NCBI GenBank assembly: GCA_964019335.1
Contig: OZ025740.1
Coordinates: 248,001 to 312,000, forward strand
From: Diplonema japonicum
Lineage: Eukaryota > Protista > Euglenozoa: Diplonemea
Length of the DNA stretch: 64,000 nucleotides
Reading direction: 5' to 3'
Position 1 is the stretch's first letter; every line of letters starts with the position of its first letter. A model generated the notes under the pieces. That model worked only from the letters and a program-made list of their open reading frames with translations, was not told the DNA's origin and searched no databases. This document shows positions 44,801 through 56,238 of the stretch, piece after piece. The translations under genes were made by a program, and so were the position numbers.

Positions 44801-45280
44801 CTTGTTTCATAGTCTCCGTTCCGTTCAGGCTGGTCATCAAACCAGGGCACGCGGGTCAAGGATCTTCCAACGCAAACGTGACCGGTGATCGGTGTAATTC
44901 CCACATAAGTACCTTCCAAGCAGAAATAACTTCTGCCCCAAAGGCAACGTCACTTTCAAATGACTATGCCATTTGGACTGTACGTTGCCCTGTGGTGGAC
45001 GGCGTAGACGCGCATCTGTCTCTTCAACTATAAACTCCCCTACGGAACCCTCTTTGACCTTCTCGTCATCTCCACCCGTTTGTATTTGGTGATTACGGCC
45101 GAAGTGCAGAGGACAGGACTGTTATGCTTACTGACTAACAATCTTACAATGTTAAGAGTTGTCCTTCCCTCAAAACTGCACTTTTCTCAACTAGACTCCC
45201 ACAAGCTTACGAAAAGCTTTCGCGGAAATACCGGTTTAGGCTGCCGTTTCTCCCCTGTGGTGAGCCTTAAAAAAATCCGC

Positions 45281-45348
45281 TGGAGTGGGGTTTGAACCCG
45301 CTTCGCCTAGGTACAGGGCAAAGCCCCCCCCAACTAGACTACTATGCC
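45281..45348 (-). other. Second degenerate tRNA-like module inside the TIR element
   Basis: A-box tagtctagttgg, stem gctttgcc/ggcgaagc around ctgtaccta, B-box gggttcaaaccc. Confidence 0.5.
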
Positions 45349-47787
45349 TTCGAAAATATTTTCGAAGGAACTACTGGTCAGGAAGATGCTGGCTTCTGGG
45401 ATCGAACCCTGTTAACCATGTTTTTCAAAGGGAAAAGTGCCCAGTTGCAAAAGTTTGGCAAAAATGGCCAAAACCCAAAATGGCGACTTCCAAGGTCATT
45501 TTGGTTGGCCCCCAATATTTTTTTTTTGGAAAATTTTTTTTGGAACTTCCTTGGAACTCACCGTTCTTTCATGTTCGACATATGGATTTTTTGAAAAAAA
45601 AAATTCAATGAACCTTTGGGCATTTTTGACATTTTTTCCCCTATAGCCCCCTATAACCCCTTTGGGACATAGGGCGGGTCACTTAGCGAATATGGAGCGT
45701 AAACTAAATGCTGCCCTAACTTAACAAGAAAATGAAAAAATGAAAAAAAACGCCAGCCCAAATTTACCCTTAAAAATCACTTCAAAAAAAGGCGCCCGGA
45801 AAGAGGGCCGGAAGAGGACGTTATGAGTGATGGCAGCACGATGGCTCATCCCTATTATGCAATTTTGATACAAACAGTGATTCTGATACGAATTCGACCG
45901 ATTCCTAGTCACAGCAGGGTGATTGGACGGCAAAGCCGGAGCAGTTGGAAGGCATCCGGTTTCGTGAAGATCGAAATCCTTGTGGACCCTGTTTTGACAT
46001 CAAAGGCTCAATGCCATTCCATATATTCTCCAAATGCTCGTCCCAAACGTTATTCGGGTCATAACTTGGAACAATGTGGCAAATGCGGCTAAAAAAGGTG
46101 TCTCCCTGGATCTCGATGCTGCTTCTTTGCATACCTTCCTAGGTGTCCTTTTGTCGATGGACTTGGATATCAAGCCAGATTATTCTGATTACTGGCGCAC
46201 TGGCTCCACGTCTCTCAACTACACCCCTGGGTACGCCACCGTCATGTCAAGAGACCGCTTTTTGACTATTCTGGGAAATCTGTGTTTCCACAGCGAAACA
46301 AACAAGCGTGCTGACTTCTACTTATCGCAAAGGCCTCCCGGAGATCATGGATGCCCCAAAGAAGCGAGGCCGCATGCCAAGGACGCGCATCCCGTGGGGA
46401 CACCCAGTTCCACCAGCACGCGAGCATCCTTTGCACCACAACGTGGCATGACATCATGCCAGCGTGCTTTCTATCGACGTTGGATGTTCCGGTGAAGTCG
46501 AATTTGACGTGTCGGCCAAAAGAGAATGAAAGCCGGAAAGGACATCCCGCTCCCCACCAAGTGCATATTTACAACACCGCAATGGGCGGAACCGACGCTG
46601 GGTGATGCTGTGACAAAACGCCATAAACGCTCCCTTATGACTTAAAAGTAACCCCTAAAAGTATTTTTGTACTTGTTAGGTAAATCTCTGGCGAATGCTT
46701 GGCTTGTTTGGAAAGAAGCCTTGCCCCCCAACGCCCTGAGTACGAACGACAGTGGATTTACGCCTTTCAAAGAGGCAGTCATCGAAGGGCTACTAGGGAG
46801 GCAGTCTAAACAACAGATAAAGTCAACTACAGAGCAGGCTGCCCCAATACCATGCCCCGAAACACAGAACGAGTGCTCTGAGACCCCAATGCGCCGTGAC
46901 AGTACCTTCTGGGACCATTTCCCCGAAAAAGTAGTGCAACGTGCGGTGCAAGCATTGCAAGTCGAAAAGACCCCTATTTCAGTGTTCAGCCTGCTTGGTA
47001 CAACTTTGCGTGACTCCGTGCTTCAAAGACTACCACCTTGCCGGGGATACCCCCCAGAAACCCCTCCCGGGGTCAAAAAAGAAGTCCCCCAGCCCTGGGG
47101 CACATACGAACCGCGTCAAGAAGGCCTTAAATAGCTTTTTATAGAATTTTACAGTCGATTTTTTTTGACTTGTTTTTTGTATCCCCTCTCGGGCACTTCA
47201 GGAACGATATTTTTGACAATGTTGTGGGGGTGGGCCCTGCTGTGGGCACCCTCTCTCTAGAATTGGGACATCTGGAGGCATTTTCGGGGGCATATAGCCC
47301 CGGCGTTGCGCTGGAATAGCTTTTTTTGAAGTTTTGAAAATTTACCCCCTGGTGGGCAAAAATGGTCCGTTGGTAGATGGTTAAGTTGTTCAATACTTAA
47401 AGTGGTTGAGAAGTTTGAAGTTTGCAAAAAAAAAATTAATATACCCCCCCCTTTTTTTTCTTTACCCCCTTCCTGATCAAGGTAAGGCAAAAGGAAGGAT
47501 TGAAGCAAAGAAGCAAGGAAGCAAAGAAAAGAAGAACAGAACCATTACTGACAGCAACTGTAAATAGGAAAAGGTGGAGAACATGACAAAAAAAAAAAGA
47601 AGAAGTTTATAGTTCGTAAATACTGTAAAGTGAAAAGCTCCCAGACCCAGCAGATGCAGTCGGTAGGCGACTGCCCTATTGACTACCTTAACAGAAGGAA
47701 GGGCTGGCTGGAGGTTGGTGGAAAAAAAACAGAAAGGAAAAAATAAAATAAATAAAATATTTATTTCACAGAGTTCGGCACCTCATG

Positions 47788-48240
47788 CTACCACTTTTTG
47801 TTGTTCTTGTTGAGGATTTTGAGAATAGCCTCTTTCTTCAGCTGGCCAATCGAGCTAGGAACGCGAATAGGTGCGCTTATAGCCGCCTTGTGGTGCACAA
47901 GAACCCTCACGGCCTCTATGTGACCGTTCATCACTGCGTGGAATAACGGGGTGCCATCTGTCTTTTCGTTCGGAAAAAAAAAAAATTTTTTTTTGTACCA
48001 TTGTTACTCTTCTTGTTAACGTCAGCTCTGCCTTTCTCGACAAGATATTTAATGGCCTCAGTGTGGCCGTTCCTGGCTGATTTGAAAAGCGGGGTTTCAC
48101 CTGTGGTTTATCTTTTGAAAAAAAAAAAGGGGGTCGTACCGTGTTTGCTGGCCGCGTTCACATTCGCACTATATGTTTCTACAAGCACCCACATGACGTC
48201 AAGGTGGCCGTTCCTGGCTGCCTCAAACAATGGGGTTTCG

Positions 48241-48294
<54 letters not shown>

Positions 48295-49754
48295 TGGCTT
48301 TCTCTGCATACCTTCGTTGTCCCGTTCGTTCACATTTGCATTGTATGTTTCCATAAGGTACCTCAGGGTCTCTACATCGTTCTTCCTTGCTGCTTCAAAC
48401 AACGCGGTTTGTCCTACATTTTTTTTTTCTTTTTTTTTTTTTTTCCCTCCCTCTTTTTCACACCATCGCCATTGCGCTTGTTCTCGTGTACCTTTACCGT
48501 CTTGGAGTGGTGTCGTGGGGTATGGACCTTGCCCCCAGTGGTTGGTGGTACGGATTTAGTTGTGCTGTCCTCGCAATGGGGTCCAGTTGTGGCTCGTTGG
48601 CTTTGTAGTAGTCGTTGACAGCTGATAGGGACTTCTAGGGTTTCTTGGGATCTTGCTTGACTGCAGCCTCCATTCTTCAGCTTATCCTCCCTCAGCTCGG
48701 TCTTGAGCTTCGCCATTTCTTCTTCTAGAAGGCTGTTCCTTGCGTTCACTTCCTCCCCCTCTTTCAACTTCTTCTTCAGCTCTCTTATCACCGCTGCTTG
48801 TTCCTGAATCATCGCTTCTTTTTCTTCAATGGTCTTGGCTTGTTCCTCGATCACCTTTGCTTGCTCGGCCGATTTCTTTTCGTGCAGTTTTATTTGTTCT
48901 TGTAGTTTTGGAAGCCCGTTGCAAAGTGACGATTCCGCACGGCGTGCCAATTCTTGACCTGAGGGCCGGCTTTGTGGTTCAATGGACAGAAGGTTCAACA
49001 GCGCTTCGCTCAAATCTTCCCCGAGCTTCTCCTCCAGAATGATCCGCAACTGTTGGATCGCGAAGTCGTAGTTTTCGATGAGGTAGCCGCACAGTCTCTG
49101 TTGCATGGAATCCTCCCCGATTACTGCACAGGACCCTGTCACTCCAAGTGCCCACATGTCCACCTTGTCTGTGTAGTGGCCGTCTTTAATGATATCAGGG
49201 GCGATGAAGCCATGCGTTCCGACAGCAGATTTTGCCGAGCTTTTGTCGATGTCTTTCATCAGCCCGAAGTCAGCCAGAACGAAGACCAATCCGTGTCTGT
49301 CGTTGCTACCAGAACTACTACCGCTCCCCCGCCCCACAAGTATCATTATGTTTTGCGGCTTCACGTCCCTGTGTATGTGTTTCTTTCCGTGGAGGTACCC
49401 CAGCGCCTCACCAACGTCGTGAATAAGGTGTGCCGTGTCCCTTTTGTTCAGCGGGCCGTTTTTTTTCAAGTGTCGTGCAAGGTCGCCCCTATACCTTGGC
49501 ATTACAATACAGTGTTCCCACATCTTGCTTGTTGGGTTCTGTCCTTCAAAACTGTCTAAGCATGGGACCAGGCTCCTGTGCTTGAACTTCCGCATGTGCT
49601 CTGCTTCCTTTGCGAACATCGCGATGCTCTCGTAGTCCAGTGATCCCTGCACCTTGATAGCCAAGAGTGCTTCGTCTACCTTCCTTCTTCCCTTGTATAC
49701 TATTCCAAATGCTCCTTGCCCTATCGCTTCAGACCATTCGTAGGCCGCTGTCAT
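47788..49754 (-). CDS. Ser/Thr kinase, coiled coil, four ankyrin repeats; exons 49754-48464, 48413-48312, 48241-48140, 48100-47999, 47957-47788
   Basis: Kinase motifs GQGAFG, AIK, HRDVKPQN, DFG, DMWALG. Removing four GT-AG introns gives in-frame GQTALFEAA, DETPLFEAA, GETPLFKSA and DGTPLFHAV, ending at TAG 47790-47788. Confidence 0.88.
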
Positions 49755-49989
49755 TTTCTCTGAACCTGTATTGTGATAAAAGTGGGTGGGGAAAAAAAGG
49801 GGGGTGAAAGAAAAAGTGATGGTCCCCTGTCGTCGGCCAGGTCCTCTTACCCACTACCCTGTATTGCGGTTTCTTTGTCAAAAGGAAAATCGGGAATAGA
49901 TAAGGGCTGCTGCTCATAAACTACTTTTTTTCTTTCTTTTCATGGCAGGGGTGGGGTTATTGCAAGTTTGGAAATAAAGAAGCGAATGT

Positions 49990-52930
49990 AGTCGTGACGT
50001 CAGGTGCTTGTGTCAATAGAGCACAGACCCGGTTTCGTCCCTTACAACGACCCCTAGGTGCGTGGGACTGTCGCACCGTATGCGGTCCACCTGTGGCCAA
50101 CAAGTGGAGGGTCTGTGCTCTGTCGTGTCGGGTTGGGTTGGGTTGGGTTGAGAGGTTGGAAAACGGATGGATAGAGGTACTGCTGCACTCGATGTTGTAG
50201 AAGGTGCATGGGTGTTAGTACGTAACAGCCCCATGTCTAGTGCAGTTGCCGGTCGTTCACTGTCTTCATCCGCTTTTCCCGTCTTTTGCAGTTCCCTGCT
50301 TTGCAGTGCCCTTGGTGGCTGATCACTTGTTGGGCATGTAGGAACGGTTTGCCAAAAGCGTTGGTCTTTGTTCCACATTTGTCGCAGGACAGTGTGGCCT
50401 TGGTCGTGGGCTGTCGTGTCCCGTCGCACGTGACGAGGTGTGCGTCCATGCTTTTCTTCGTTGTGATCGGCCTCCCCTGGCAGTTCACTGTGACGCTGCA
50501 TCGTGGGCACTTGCGTATTTTGCCGTCGTCGACCTTGGCTCCGCATTTCCCTTCGTGCAGCCGCACTGACCTCTGCGTGAAGGCGGTGCCGGTGCGTGTT
50601 TCTCCTTTACCGCAGTGCTGGCATATGTACGGGCCTTTGGGCGGGCTCGTTTGCTTCTTGACGCTAGGCTTTTTGGGGCAGTGCCCTTCGTGCCATCGCA
50701 TTCTTTTTGTGCCGAGGAGTTCGCCGTTCACGTTCTTGTTCCGCAGCTGCATCTAGGGCTGCTTGTTGTCTTAGGGTTCTTCGTGTCCCCCTTGGTCCTG
50801 CTGTCACTGTCCTTGCTGGTGTCTGTGTCGTCTTCTTCTGTACTACTTTTTTCCTCCTCGTTGCCACTACTGTTGTTGTCCATGTTTTCGCTGCTACTGC
50901 TACTGCCGCTGCTACTACTGCTGCTGCTGCTGCTGCTACTACAGCTACTACTACTAGCGTCGCTTCTGCTTGCGCCGTCTTCGTCGCTGCTTTTCGGGGC
51001 CTTCTGCGTGACGTTGTGCTTGCACCTTCTTTCGTGCCTTTGCACTTCGTCCCTGTTGGCGAACTTCCTTTTGCCCCTGCTTTGGTAGCGGTCTGTCCCG
51101 CAGTGTCGGCATCGGAGCGCGTTGAGGAGGTTGGTCATGTCTTCCGTTGTGTCTTGGGTGGCCCCTGCCTCTGCCTCCTCGGGTTTGTGCTTCTTGTACA
51201 CGGCGAGGCTAGGGTTCCATCCTTTGCTTCTGCCTGTGTACGGAACTTCCACCCCGTCTGCTCTTAGTTCCAGCTTCTTGCCGTCTTTGTCGTAGTGGAT
51301 TCGGTAGTGGAGTTCTTTGTGGCTGTACTCCACCCCTGCGATCCAGTCCCATCTTGCGTTCTCGTTGTCTTTGAGGCTTGCTGCTGGCAGGAAGGGTTTG
51401 TAGTCGTTCCCTTCGGGTTGCCTGTGCACCCTCAGCGTGAAGAATTCTCCCGTTGTTGTCCATTGCAGGGTGCTGGTGGGGTGTGTTCCGCATTGCTGGC
51501 ATCGGCTGGGGTCCGTCTGTTTGATGCCGTCGGTCATCAGGCTATACGGGTCCGGGTTGTTTTGCCTGTGGATCCGTACTGCTTCCATGGGTTGCACTGT
51601 AGTCCTGGGGGTCGGGCATTTACAACTCTGGGTTGTTGTCTGCAGGATGTTCGCCTCCAGTATGCCTGCGGCTTTGCCCTCCTTGTCCCCGTGTTTGCAG
51701 ATGAGTCCCTTGAATACCGTGAGGAACTCCTCCGCGTCCTGCATCTCTGTCGTGTTGTAGGGGCTGGGCAGGACTTCTCGCAGCTCCTGGGTAACGTACC
51801 CCTGCCTGATCGTTTGGCAAATGGTTCGTCCGGTTTCATCCGTGTGCTGGAATTCGGGGATGATCCCATGGTGTTGCAGTGCCCTCGTGATTCCTACCAC
51901 TGCTTTGATGTAGCAGGAGTTGTGTGGTGGTGCGGAGGGTGCACTGTTGGTCTTCTTTGTTCCTTTCGTTGGTGCCTGCTCGTCTTGTTGGTCGTCGTCT
52001 CCGTCGTTGTCGTCGTTGTCGTTGTCGTTGTAGTCGTTGTTGTCACCATCGTGTGTTGTCCTGGGGTGTTTGGCTTGGTGCCCGTGAGGTACGGTTGTTC
52101 CTCTGGGATGGGCTTGCCGTCGTCGTAAGCTTTCCGTATTTTGTTGTAGAGGGGGGTGAGGATACTGTTCTCGTACGGGAAGCGTCCGTAGGCTGCTGTG
52201 CGCCATGCATGGTACGTCTTTACCATGTCTTTGCTGTCGTGGCCGCAGTCTCTGAGCCTGTAGATCACCCTTTGGATCTCTAGTTGTAGGTCCGTCATGT
52301 TGTTGGTGTAGCGGCTAGCCCTGATTAAAGCACCTTTGAAGATGCCTTTGGCCTGGCCGCTTGGTGCCGTCGTCGCTGCGTGCGTGTACTTGGTGCCGTA
52401 CTTCTTGTCTAGGATCGTCATTCTCAGGTAGGGTTTCTTGTCGTCCCACCTTTGCACGCGGTACCTTACCCCGAGGTACTCTACGCCGTCTATGCCGTTT
52501 GACGTCTCCTTATATTCCATCTGGTACAGGTCCTGGGGTGGTGGCTCGATCCCCCATGTAAGGAAGTCGTCAATGTATCGCGTGGTGTTGCGGTGGGCTT
52601 GCGCCTCTTTTATCTTCCCTTGTTCGATCAAGCTGTTGATGTATGCCTTTTCGATACTGTAACAGTATAAGTTTGCGAGGTCCGGGCTTGCGTTCCCTCC
52701 CATAGGTAGCCCGGTGGTTTGGTGCAGGGTCTTATCGCCCACTTGAACGTAAGTGTTTCGCACTGCGTCTGCCATCATCTTTTTCGCTTCGGCTCTCGTG
52801 CAGGTGCGGTATTCTTTGTCGGTCATGGGGTCGTATGTCCTTGTGGTGAAGTTGTACTTTTTCTTCCCCGTCTGTCCTTTCTTGTGTACGAGCCTGGCTG
52901 TGCCTTCTTCGTCGTTCATGTAGTCGAACA
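49990..52930 (-). mobile_element. 5'-truncated Penelope-like retroelement: RT C-half and thumb, acidic linker, USP-like protease, five C2HC fingers, structured 3' UTR
   Basis: RT motifs QTTGLPMGGNASPDLANLY, RYIDDFL, YLGV; PLE-type thumb KGIFKGALIRASRY...LRDCGH. No GIY-YIG downstream. Two frameshifts (about 52050 and about 50735). The 3' boundary is approximate. Confidence 0.82.
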
Positions 52931-53686
52931 ACCAATGGAATAAATATTGGTCATAGTCGATGGTTTCTAGTTGTTCGCACCTTGACAAGAAGTGAGAAGC
53001 AACAGAAGAAAGATTGGTCATCGCATTCAAGTCGATGGTTTCTAGTTTGTTGCGCCCTGACAAGAAGCAATCACCAATGGAAGAAAGATTGGTCAGCGCA
53101 TTCAAGTTGATGGTTTCTAGTTCGGTGCACAAAGATAAAAACTTATCACCAATGGTAGAAACATTGGGGAGGATGAGATCAACAGACGTCAGGTGGTCAC
53201 ACTCTTGAAGAAACCCAGCATCCATACTTGTAACACAGCCTGTGGAGTCGGTGACAACGAGGAACCGAAGTCCAGAAGGAAGGTCACTGCTGCTCATGGA
53301 CAAGACTTCGACAGCTGGAGAGTACCCCACCTCCACCACCAGAACCAGCTCAGGGTCAGCTGACACAAGACCCTCAAGCTCAGAAATCACTTCTGAGTTC
53401 TTCAGCTCCTCCAGCTGAACTGTTTTCCTATTCACCTCCACGACCACGGAGCCCTCCACAAGCCCAAGTGAATGAACCTCTTCACCACCGTTCTGTCCAG
53501 GACCTCTCCCTCCCAAACCAGTTTGAACTTGCCTTCGAGTAAACTAGCAGCACACCCAGCCTTCTTGTACAGACTCCCCACCGTCTCCTTCCCCGACACT
53601 TCCACATCGTGAGCCCCGCCTCCCGTCTTCACGAACACTGTCATATCGTTCACCCCTTCATCTGATCTCTTTCTCTTTCTATTCAT
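52931..53686 (-). pseudogene. Truncated paralog of the Ubl-LRR gene, interrupted by the Penelope-like element
   Basis: High identity to 62574-63764 down to 52931; 1-bp frameshift near 53495 and an 8-bp deletion near 52954. Confidence 0.85.
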
Positions 53687-53898
53687 GTTCTTTTCTTTTC
53701 GTTCTTTCCCCCACACCCTTTATTTGCTTTGTTTTTATTTTCCCTGTGTGCCTGTTTTGAAGGCTTCAGAAGTGAAAAGAAGAAGAATATCCTCTAGATA
53801 AACTGCCTTGTAACAAAAAAACATGAAAACACCCATCGCACATCTACTGGAAAGCAGAGCTTCAACACATCAGAAAAAGACAAGGAAAGGGTACTTCC

Positions 53899-55653
53899 TC
53901 ACATCAGAACAGAAGGAGAAACACCCATGGAGATGGCCTCCCTCAGAGACTCAATAGCTAACCGAACAGATTGTGGTGCTTCCACCCCTACCTTCTCCTG
54001 TGCATCAAGGATCTCAACCGCCTCATCCCCTTCCCCCATCAAGTACTTCAAACAAGCTGTATTGTAAGGACCCCACACATCATCAGACACATGGTACAGC
54101 CACTCACCTTCATGGTTGCCTTTAGCTGCTTGAAGAGAACTTTCAGTCACCTCGAACACACGAAGTGGTGCCTCCCTGCCCCTCACAGCAACATCGACAG
54201 GGAGAAGCCTCATGTCGTACAAGAACGCCAGCTCCCTCTGAACAGAGCCATCACAGGTCACCTTGTGCCCCTCGTGCCGACCGAACCTCTCCAGCAGCGA
54301 CGCCGTCACAGCCACCTGACCCATGATCGCGAACACCTTCAGCTCATTGTTCCCAACAGGGCCACAGTGTGCACTCCCGCTGCACAGACCAGAAGACACA
54401 GCCAGCCCTTTGTTGTGTTTTCCCATCTCCATGAGGGAGTCAGCCGCCTTCCGAGCATGACCCACACACCGCTTCGCAGCATTGAACGAGGAGTGAACAT
54501 GGTCCCCAACAACGACACCCACAACACCACCGTGTTTCCTGACTGAGAGCAGGACGGCTGTCATGAAACTGTCGTAAGTGTGACACACAAAGATGGAAAG
54601 ATTGTCCTCCAATGCCTTCTGCGACCCAAGCATGTTTGTCACAGTGCTTGTCACCACCAGCTTCTTGTAATTCTCAATCACTGATAACTCACATTTATCG
54701 ACGCTGCTTGAGTGAAGAGTCTCGTTGCTCATCTGCCTGATGTGCACCCTCCCGTCGCTGTCGGTGCTGGAATGAGAAAGACTGCCACCACAATCATCAC
54801 TATCATCACTGCCACTGAAATCCTCACGGAACCTCTCAAAACAGGACTGAGGGAGGTAAGGACGGTAGGTGTGGAGGTTTGCAAGGATGCTGTCGAACGC
54901 TGCCTGCAAGGGGGGAGGGAGGGGGGAGTCGGTGAGGGCTGTCTCCGCTCCCTCCAAGTCGAAGCGGGAAAGACACTCTGCAATCCACTCAGAGGCGGTG
55001 ATCACGTTCTGCATGGACTTCCGTTCCTTTTGAAGTCCAGAAGCAAAGCCACGTGTGAAGTAGAAGTCGAGGAGGAATATCCCCAACGGGGTACCCAGTG
55101 TTCCTATAACTTTCCCCATACTCTTGGGGCATGGCAGTGTGTCGCAGCCACACATCTCCTCTCTCCTCTCCTCCTGGCTTGGGAGGAGCCGGTGGTCGAC
55201 GTCGAAGAGGCCGAAGCGGAGCCACATTTCGATGGATGATATGATGAGCCAGATGCTGACCATTGCGATGAGGTTCCTGTTGACACGGACAGGGAGGTCG
55301 CACACCAAGGCAATGTCCACTAAAACTACGAAAGTAGGCCACACACGATCCTCCAACCACACCATAAAACGCCAGTCCTGGTGAATAAGCGACAATCCTG
55401 ACAAGTACAGCAGCATCTCCACTACTTCATTTCTTATCTTCCTTTCGACAAGCAGCTGCACAAGCAAGATCAACGAAATCAAGTTCCCCACTTCTCGAGA
55501 TACAAAGACAGCGTAGTTCTCTCTAGGTGAAACTAAAAATGCAACAAGAAAGGCGAAAATTCCTAGGTAGCCTATTGTGAGAAGCAGCTTCTTCCTGAAC
55601 ACAGTCGGCTGATCGTCATCAGGTAGCAACACCCTTCTAAAGAAACACGACAT
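53899..55653 (-). CDS. Multi-pass TM protein with a degenerate class III nucleotide-cyclase domain, paralog 1
   Basis: About 5-6 hydrophobic segments, linker ILANLHTYRPYLPQS, cyclase-like GVVGVVVGDHV, GLCSGSAHCGPVG, MGQVAVTASLLE. ATG at 55653. Confidence 0.8.
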   Translation of the reverse strand: MSCFFRRVLLPDDDQPTVFRKKLLLTIGYLGIFAFLVAFLVSPRENYAVFVSREVGNLISLILLVQLLVERKIRNEVVEMLLYLSGLSLIHQDWRFMVWLEDRVWPTFVVLVDIALVCDLPVRVNRNLIAMVSIWLIISSIEMWLRFGLFDVDHRLLPSQEERREEMCGCDTLPCPKSMGKVIGTLGTPLGIFLLDFYFTRGFASGLQKERKSMQNVITASEWIAECLSRFDLEGAETALTDSPLPPPLQAAFDSILANLHTYRPYLPQSCFERFREDFSGSDDSDDCGGSLSHSSTDSDGRVHIRQMSNETLHSSSVDKCELSVIENYKKLVVTSTVTNMLGSQKALEDNLSIFVCHTYDSFMTAVLLSVRKHGGVVGVVVGDHVHSSFNAAKRCVGHARKAADSLMEMGKHNKGLAVSSGLCSGSAHCGPVGNNELKVFAIMGQVAVTASLLERFGRHEGHKVTCDGSVQRELAFLYDMRLLPVDVAVRGREAPLRVFEVTESSLQAAKGNHEGEWLYHVSDDVWGPYNTACLKYLMGEGDEAVEILDAQEKVGVEAPQSVRLAIESLREAISMGVSPSVLM

Positions 55654-56238
55654 GCTCAGCCCCTTGTTTTTGTTGTTCTCTGTGAAAACATTGCATTCAA
55701 TTTGTATCTTTCTGTAATGAAAGACAAACATGGAAACACCCATCGCGCTGCACAATCTACTGGCAAAGCAGAGCTTTAACTCATCGAAACGACAAGATAA
55801 TAGAAAAGTAATCTTCTCACATCAACAAGAAACACTCCGACGGCCTCTCTCAGAGACTCTGACAGTAAAAAGAAGTACAGTCGGAACAGAGAAACACTCC
55901 CCATATGCGAACGATCACCGCCAGTCAGGTGGATGTGACGGCGACCATCTTTACCTGTCGCGCAGCAGCTCCTATCTGTCCTGTGCCAGCACTTCTTAGA
56001 AGTGCTCGAGAAACAGCGCAGCCGTTTAGGGGTGTGCGCAGGCGCACTCGTACAGCTGAGGTGCTATTCTCTTTGCCGCTTTTTTCCCCACAGGACCCGC
56101 TCCCTTTCATCTTCCCCATTCAACTCTATTGTCGAGCCCACCATAACTCAAAGGGTGCGTCTTCAGGCGTTGTTTTTTAATCTCTCGGGGGTGCTTTTCT
56201 TTTCCACCCCCGTTTCCCCCCCCCCCCCCCCCCCCTAG

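Larger units (their letters stand above)
43781..45699. mobile_element. Non-autonomous TIR element with TAA target duplication (PIF/Harbinger-like target pattern)
   Basis: Perfect 24-bp TIRs cgctccatattcgctaagtgaccc. TAA at 43778-80 and 45700-02. The empty site is visible in the sister piggyBac at about 58245-58275. Confidence 0.88.
43653..47380 (+). mobile_element. Internally deleted piggyBac-like transposon carrying a nested TIR element
   Basis: TTAA|ccatctatcaacg ... cgttggtagatgg|TTAA. Transposase remnants FLGVLLSM..DYW..MSRDRF and YNTAMGGTDAGD. Cys-rich domain CKHC..CSAC..LC..CFKDYH. Confidence 0.93.

Noticed and set aside
44022-45348. Functional tRNA genes
   Set aside because: Anticodon or acceptor stems do not pair canonically; treated as tRNA-like modules only.
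49985-50060. Hammerhead ribozyme at the PLE 3' end
   Set aside because: GGGACGAAAC is present but there is no correctly placed CUGANGA core.
50130-50150. Interstitial telomere
   Set aside because: Only four GGGTT units, not the TTAGGG expected for euglenozoans; noted only as part of the PLE 3' region.
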